A DNA stretch of 64,000 bases, taken from NCBI RefSeq assembly GCF_009914755.1, contig NC_060934.1, one strand, 5' to 3'. Below, one piece after another: positions 58,690 to 64,000 of this stretch. Source of the stretch: the human T2T-CHM13v2.0 reference genome, Homo sapiens. The translations under genes and the position numbers were made by a program. Position 1 is the stretch's first letter; the number at the start of each line of letters is the position of its first letter. The notes beneath the pieces were generated by a model. It was not told the origin of the DNA, did no database searches, and saw only the letters and a program-made list of their open reading frames with translations.

Positions 58690-58870
58690 TAATTGGAAGT
58701 GACTGCTTGATAGATACAGGGTATTCTTAGAGGGTGGCAAAAATGTTTTAGAACGAGAGAGAGAAAATGATTGCACGACACTATGAATATACAATATACT
58801 ATGTTTCACTGAATTGTGCACTTTAAAAAAATTAATTTTTTGTTATGTGAATTTCATGTCACTAAAAGGA
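58690..58870 (+). mobile_element. L1MB-type 3' end fragment
   Basis: GTGACTGCTTGATAGATACAGGGT..CACTGAATTGTGCACTTTAAAA..TGTTATGTGAATTTCA. Confidence 0.7.
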
Positions 58871-58899
58871 AATTTTAAAACTTATTATTTTAAAAATTA

Positions 58900-59224
<325 letters not shown>

Positions 59225-59362
59225 TTAAAATGTATGAAAAGGTATTCAGTAAAGAATTTTCATCTTATTCCTGACATTTGCTTACAGTGTCCTTCTGCAT
59301 AAACATCTAAGTTATAGATGCATTTTTGTTGATCTTTCCAGATATATTTTATATGATATATA

Positions 59363-59745
59363 CAGCCATGCATCATTTAATGACAGAAATACATTCTGAG
59401 AAATGCATCTTTATGTGATTTTGTTATTGTGCAATCATAGAGCGTACTTACACAAACCTGACAGTATAACCTAGTACACACCTAGGCTACATGGTGTATA
59501 TAGCCTATTGCTCCCAGGCTACAAACCAGTACAGCATGTTAGTGTGCTGAATACTATAGACAATTGAAACACAATAGTATTTGTGTATTTAAATATATCT
59601 AAACATAGAAAAGTTACAGTAACAATATGGTATAAAAGACCAAAATAGGGTACACCTATATTGGGCAGCTCCATTATAATATTATGGAACCACTGTCACA
59701 TATGTGGTCCATCATGGACAACATGTATATGCTGTATGACAGAAT
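59363..59745. mobile_element. Tigger3-family (TcMar) DNA transposon fossil
   Basis: TA/CAGCCATGC..ATACATTCTGAGAAATGCATC..CACACCTAGGCTAC..GCCTATTGCTCCCAGGCTACAAACC. Confidence 0.85.
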
Positions 59746-59759
59746 ATTGTCGATGATGT

Positions 59760-59805
59760 CTATATATATACATATGTCCATATATATACATATATATATG
59801 TATAT
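59760..59805. repeat. (TA)n-rich low-complexity tract
   Basis: Read directly. Confidence 0.85.
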
Positions 59806-60099
59806 GCTGCATGACATTTTGGTCCATTATTAAATGCATATGTGTTGTTTTCCTTATCCAATTGGTAGCATCTCATACACAATATTCTTTGCCTTGCTCC
59901 TGTTATTTAATAGCCACATTAGAGATTATTCCATGCAAGTACACAGAGAGCTTTCTCAGTCTTTCCAACGTCTTCATTATACAGTTGTGCAGTTCCAATT
60001 GCTGAATATTTCAACTACTTCTAATCTTTTGCCTTTACAAAAAATTATTGCATACCTCTAAGTTTTCACATTTGCAAGTATATTTCTGGACTAATTATA

Positions 60100-62300
60100 T
60101 CTTTCCATTTACTCTTCTGGTTTTTAGTGGATACCGGGCTAAAACTCTCTACTCTTGGCAATAATGAAATTGTTGTTGATTTCCATTTCCTCTCCACTGC
60201 TCTGCCTCATCTACCATCTCATGTTAGTGGATTATAAGATTTTTGTACTGATTACCTTTAAATATTTAAGCATGTTTACAGCTCTATTACTTGATTTGCC
60301 AGCTTTAGAAGCTTTTAATTTTAAGCTATACAGCTTTCTATACTACCTCCTATCTTTCTTCTTCTCATCCCAACTTTACTCTGTTCTTTCCATTTTTTTT
60401 CAGGGATTATAGATTATTTATATTCTATTCTGTTAATATAACCCCTACCTTTATTTCAGTCACTCCTCTCCTAATAAAAGGAAGTTTTGCTATACTTTCC
60501 TTATTCATCTCTTCATCAGTTGAAGTTTGCCCTTTAGAATCTTCTATAACAGAAAGTTGCATTCTAGACTCACTGGAATTACATTCCTGGAGTTCTTGTG
60601 TACTTAGAGATGTCTGCTTTGTTTATAAATTGGATGACAGAGTCCAGGAATAAGATACTTGACTCACTCTTTTTTTTTTTTTTCCTTGAGCACTTTCAGG
60701 CATTGCTATTTCTTGTAGCATTAACTGTGAGTGTGGAGTCTGAAGCAGACTAATTTTCTTTTTCCTCATAAGAGATTTGATCCTTTGCCTAATTGCAAAT
60801 AGAATTTCAATCTTTGAATGTCAGTAATTTTTTTTAGAATGTGATTTCAGTGTTAATTATTCCCCATCAGTTTTTCTTGGGACATACTATGACTTTAAGA
60901 TCAAAGTATTTCATTTCTGGAAAAAAAATTATTGAATTATATATTTGGATATTATTTCTGTACCATTGATTATTTAATCCTCTTAGAAATGCTTTTTATA
61001 AGTGTATTTGTCCCTTTTTGTTTCCTAGGAGACAGGGTGTCACTTTATTGCCCAGGCTGGAGTGCAGTCGTGTGATCATAGCTCATTGCAGTCCCTAACT
61101 TCTGGGCTCAAGCCATCCTCTCACCTCAGCCTCCCAAGTAGCTAGGACTACAGGGGCACAAATCCATTTTCTGCTATGTTCTTTTTTAAAAAATTGTGTC
61201 TATTGTCCAGGCTGGTCTCAAACTCCTGGCCTCAAGCAATCCTCCAGCCTTGGCATTCCAAAGTGCTGGGATTACAGGTGTGAACTACCACACCCAGATG
61301 CCCTTTTTAATTTTTTTGTAGTTTCATTTAATTTTGCTTGCTTTCCTTAATTCAATCCCACATGTTTATAGAGTATTTTAGCCATGTCTATTCTCCTTTG
61401 GGAAGCTTCCAGTGTGGCAATAATACCTATCATCTTTCCTATTTCTTTTTTATGTCAATTTTAAGTTCATTTTCAACATCATTTATCATCTCTTCATATC
61501 TTCCTTGAGTCCTTGAAGCCCCCTGCTGCATTGTTTTATTGAGCATCCTTTATAAAATTTTTTTAAAATTCATGGAAACATGCTTGGTCAAAATGTTTAT
61601 CAAATTCATGGTAACATTTTTCTGGTGAATGAATTTTTGTCTTTCACTTGTTTTTCCTGTTTCTGTCCTCCTTTTTTCTCCCCTTTTGGTACATTTATAG
61701 AGATACTTGTGCTCACATAAATTTATATGACTCATATTGGAATGAGTTGAGTTCTCCCTGGATTTGCAATTGGTAGAAACTGTATGTGATTGAGAACCCA
61801 GAGTAGTGTCTGGGTTAACAGAACTTGCCCCCGGCTCACAGTGAGGTTCTTCGCGGCCCCAACTTGTAAGTATATTTTGGTACTGCTTTACTTCTCCCAA
61901 AACAACAGAGGTGAACTTCCGGAGGATGACAGCAATGCAGATTCTCTTCTTCATCCTGTGTCACCAAGAGAATCCTTCCTGCAAACATGACAATTGGTGT
62001 GTTTCTTTGGTCAGCCCCTAACCTGCTCCTTCCTACTACTTCAATGGGTCCAATGATGCTCCCACTGCCACCTAAGCGTAACATTCTGAGTATTCCCAAT
62101 CAGGAATTATTGGAATCCTCTCAGGGCGTGACATAAACTCTGAAGAACTTTGTTTTACCAGCTTTGCCATGAACGTATTAACATGGATAATGCTTAGCTG
62201 TAAGCATTATCTCTCTGTATTCTCTCATATTCCTCTTTTCCTATTAGATCATAAGTGTTTTGGGAAGTCATTCTTAAAATGTTGTGATTCAGGTTACACA
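60100..62300 (-). mobile_element. Ancient L1M/HAL1-like ORF1 and 5' region
   Basis: T-rich antisense ORF1-like texture (GAGTCTGAAGCAGACTAATTTTC, TCATTTCTGGAAAA). A possible 5' terminus-like piece lies at ~63690-63745, beyond the next L1. Confidence 0.5.
61015..61298 (-). mobile_element. AluJ-type
   Basis: GATCATAGCTCATTGCAG..CTGGGCTCAAGCCATCCTC..CTGGCCTCAAGCAATCCTCC; flanked by CCCTTTTT on both sides. Confidence 0.85.
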
Positions 62301-62309
62301 CATCATCTT

Positions 62310-63600
62310 GTTTGTTTTTTTTCTTGTTTCCTAATAGCCTTATTGAGGTTTACTTGATATGTAATAAACTGCACATATTTAAAGTGTACAATTTGATTAT
62401 TTGACATATATAAACACCCATGAAATAATCAACACCATCACCCATGAAATAATCAACCACAATCAAGATAGTTTTCATGTGACTATTAACCCAGTCCTCT
62501 CCTTTTCTCGACAACCCCTCTTCATAAACCCTTTCCCTTACCTTTCCGGGAGATCCTTACTGAACTGCTGTCATATAGATTAGTTTGCATTCTTTAGAGG
62601 TTTTGTAAATAAGATCATGCAGGATATATTCTTTTATTGTCTGGCTTCTTCATTTATCATAATTATTTTGAGATTTGTTCCTGTTGTTGCATGTATCCAT
62701 AGCCAAGTCATTTTTATTGCTGAGCAGTATTCCATTGTATAGGTATACCACAGACCGTTTATATATTCAATCATTGATGGACATTCAAACTGTTTACTGG
62801 TTTTGGTTACTACAGAGCTGCCATAAACTTTCTTCAAGTCTTGGATAGACATATGCTTTCTTTGTTCCTCGTATTATACCTAGGAGTGGAATGGAAAGAT
62901 CATATGTAAGAGTATGATTAACCTTTAAGAAGCTCCCAAACAGTTCGCCACAGTAGTTGTAACCATTTCATATCCCCAGTCGCAGTGTATGAGAGTCCCA
63001 GTTCTGCCATATCCTTGCCAATAATTGGTATGATTGGTCTTTTTTAATTTTGACAATTTAAATATTTGGCAATATTACGTGGGGGATACCTCACTGAGCA
63101 ATAATGATAATCATTTTATGTGCTTATTTGCCTATATATCTTTTTTGAGGAAATGTCTATTGAATGATTTTACCCAATTTTTATGGAACTGTTTTCTTAT
63201 TATTGCAGTTTAAGTTTTCTTTATATGCTCTGAGTTTTAATCAGAAGTATGATTTGCAAATATGTTTTTCCAGTTGATTGTTTTTTATTCTCTTACCAGT
63301 GTCTTTCAAAAAGTAAACGTTTTTAAAATTTTTTGACAAAGTACAATTTCGCAATTTTTTTCTGGATAATTTTTTTTAATGTTGCTGTACCTAAAAAGAA
63401 TTTCACTAAGGACACAAATCTTTCTCCTATGTTTTCTTTATATGTTTCATAGCTTTAGGTTTTGGATTTAGGTTTATGACCTATTGTTAGTTATTTTTCC
63501 TATGTAAGGAAAGGAATGGGTTGACACTTATTTTGTGCATATAGATATCCCATTTTTCCAGCATTATTTATTGAAAAAAATATCCTTACTCCACCGATAA
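62310..63600 (-). mobile_element. Old L1M (MC/MD-type) 3' fragment
   Basis: TTATTGAGG..AATAAACTGCACATATTTAAAGTGTACAATTTGA..TTTTATTGCTGAGCAGTATTCCATTGTAT; track ORF 62634..62852 LWYTYTMEYCSAIK. Confidence 0.8.
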
Positions 63601-63794
63601 TTCTTTTTAAAACTGGTTTAGTTGACCACCCTACCAGTTGCTTGAAAACCATTGCTTCACATACATTGCCTGGTATTTTTGGTCATTTCAGGTTGGAGAG
63701 CAAGCGGATCCCGGTTATTCTATCTTACCTGGAAATGGAAGTCAGGACCTAGTTTTCAAACTGGTTTTTCGCACTTGATACTGGCTTTATAAAC

Positions 63795-63875
63795 TTGTGT
63801 ATTACCATTATTTCCATGTTGCAAATTTATAAACTGAAATTCATGGGAGTTAAAAAATTTGCCCAATGCACAGAG
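63795..63875 (-). mobile_element. MIR core fragment
   Basis: AAACTGAAATTCATGGGAGTTAAAAAATTTGCCCAATGCACAG. Confidence 0.5.
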
Positions 63876-64000
63876 TTGTTGCAGAAGATTGAATGAGAGA
63901 AGCTTGCAAAACCCACAGCACAGCATATGACACCGCAATTGCATAGCGGATTATAAATAAGAGATTTGAATCCGTTTTAATTATTTATTAATTTAACTCG

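Overview
This is repeat-dense human intergenic or deep-intronic DNA; a young AluYg6-type insertion and two L1PA2 copies point to human. I recognise no host protein-coding exon, rRNA, tRNA or CRISPR array. Every long ORF in the track comes from a transposon or low-complexity sequence. Main contents: a full-length but dead L1PA2 (1523-7543) with a truncated antisense ORF0; a 5'-truncated L1PA2 in the same orientation (19235-21104) whose target-site duplication supplies an in-frame ATG; a U6 retropseudogene; a complete two-LTR THE1C provirus; a decayed ERV-L gag-pro-pol fragment; several solo LTRs (THE1, MSTA, MER41A, LTR47-like, LTR33-like); ten near-full-length Alus plus one fragment; old L1/L2/MIR fragments; and hAT/Tigger fossils. 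I found no convincing new biological system. The best lead is the L1PA2 pair: both copies share four non-consensus variants and both keep the last 522 codons of ORF2 open, although the 5' part of the full-length copy is heavily disabled. Smaller leads are the Alu with 5 of 6 Yg6 diagnostics, a snap-back-type templated insertion in a MER5A, and a 28-bp near-perfect palindrome. Subfamily names come from recalled consensus sequences and need RepeatMasker/Dfam confirmation. Boundaries of old repeats are approximate.
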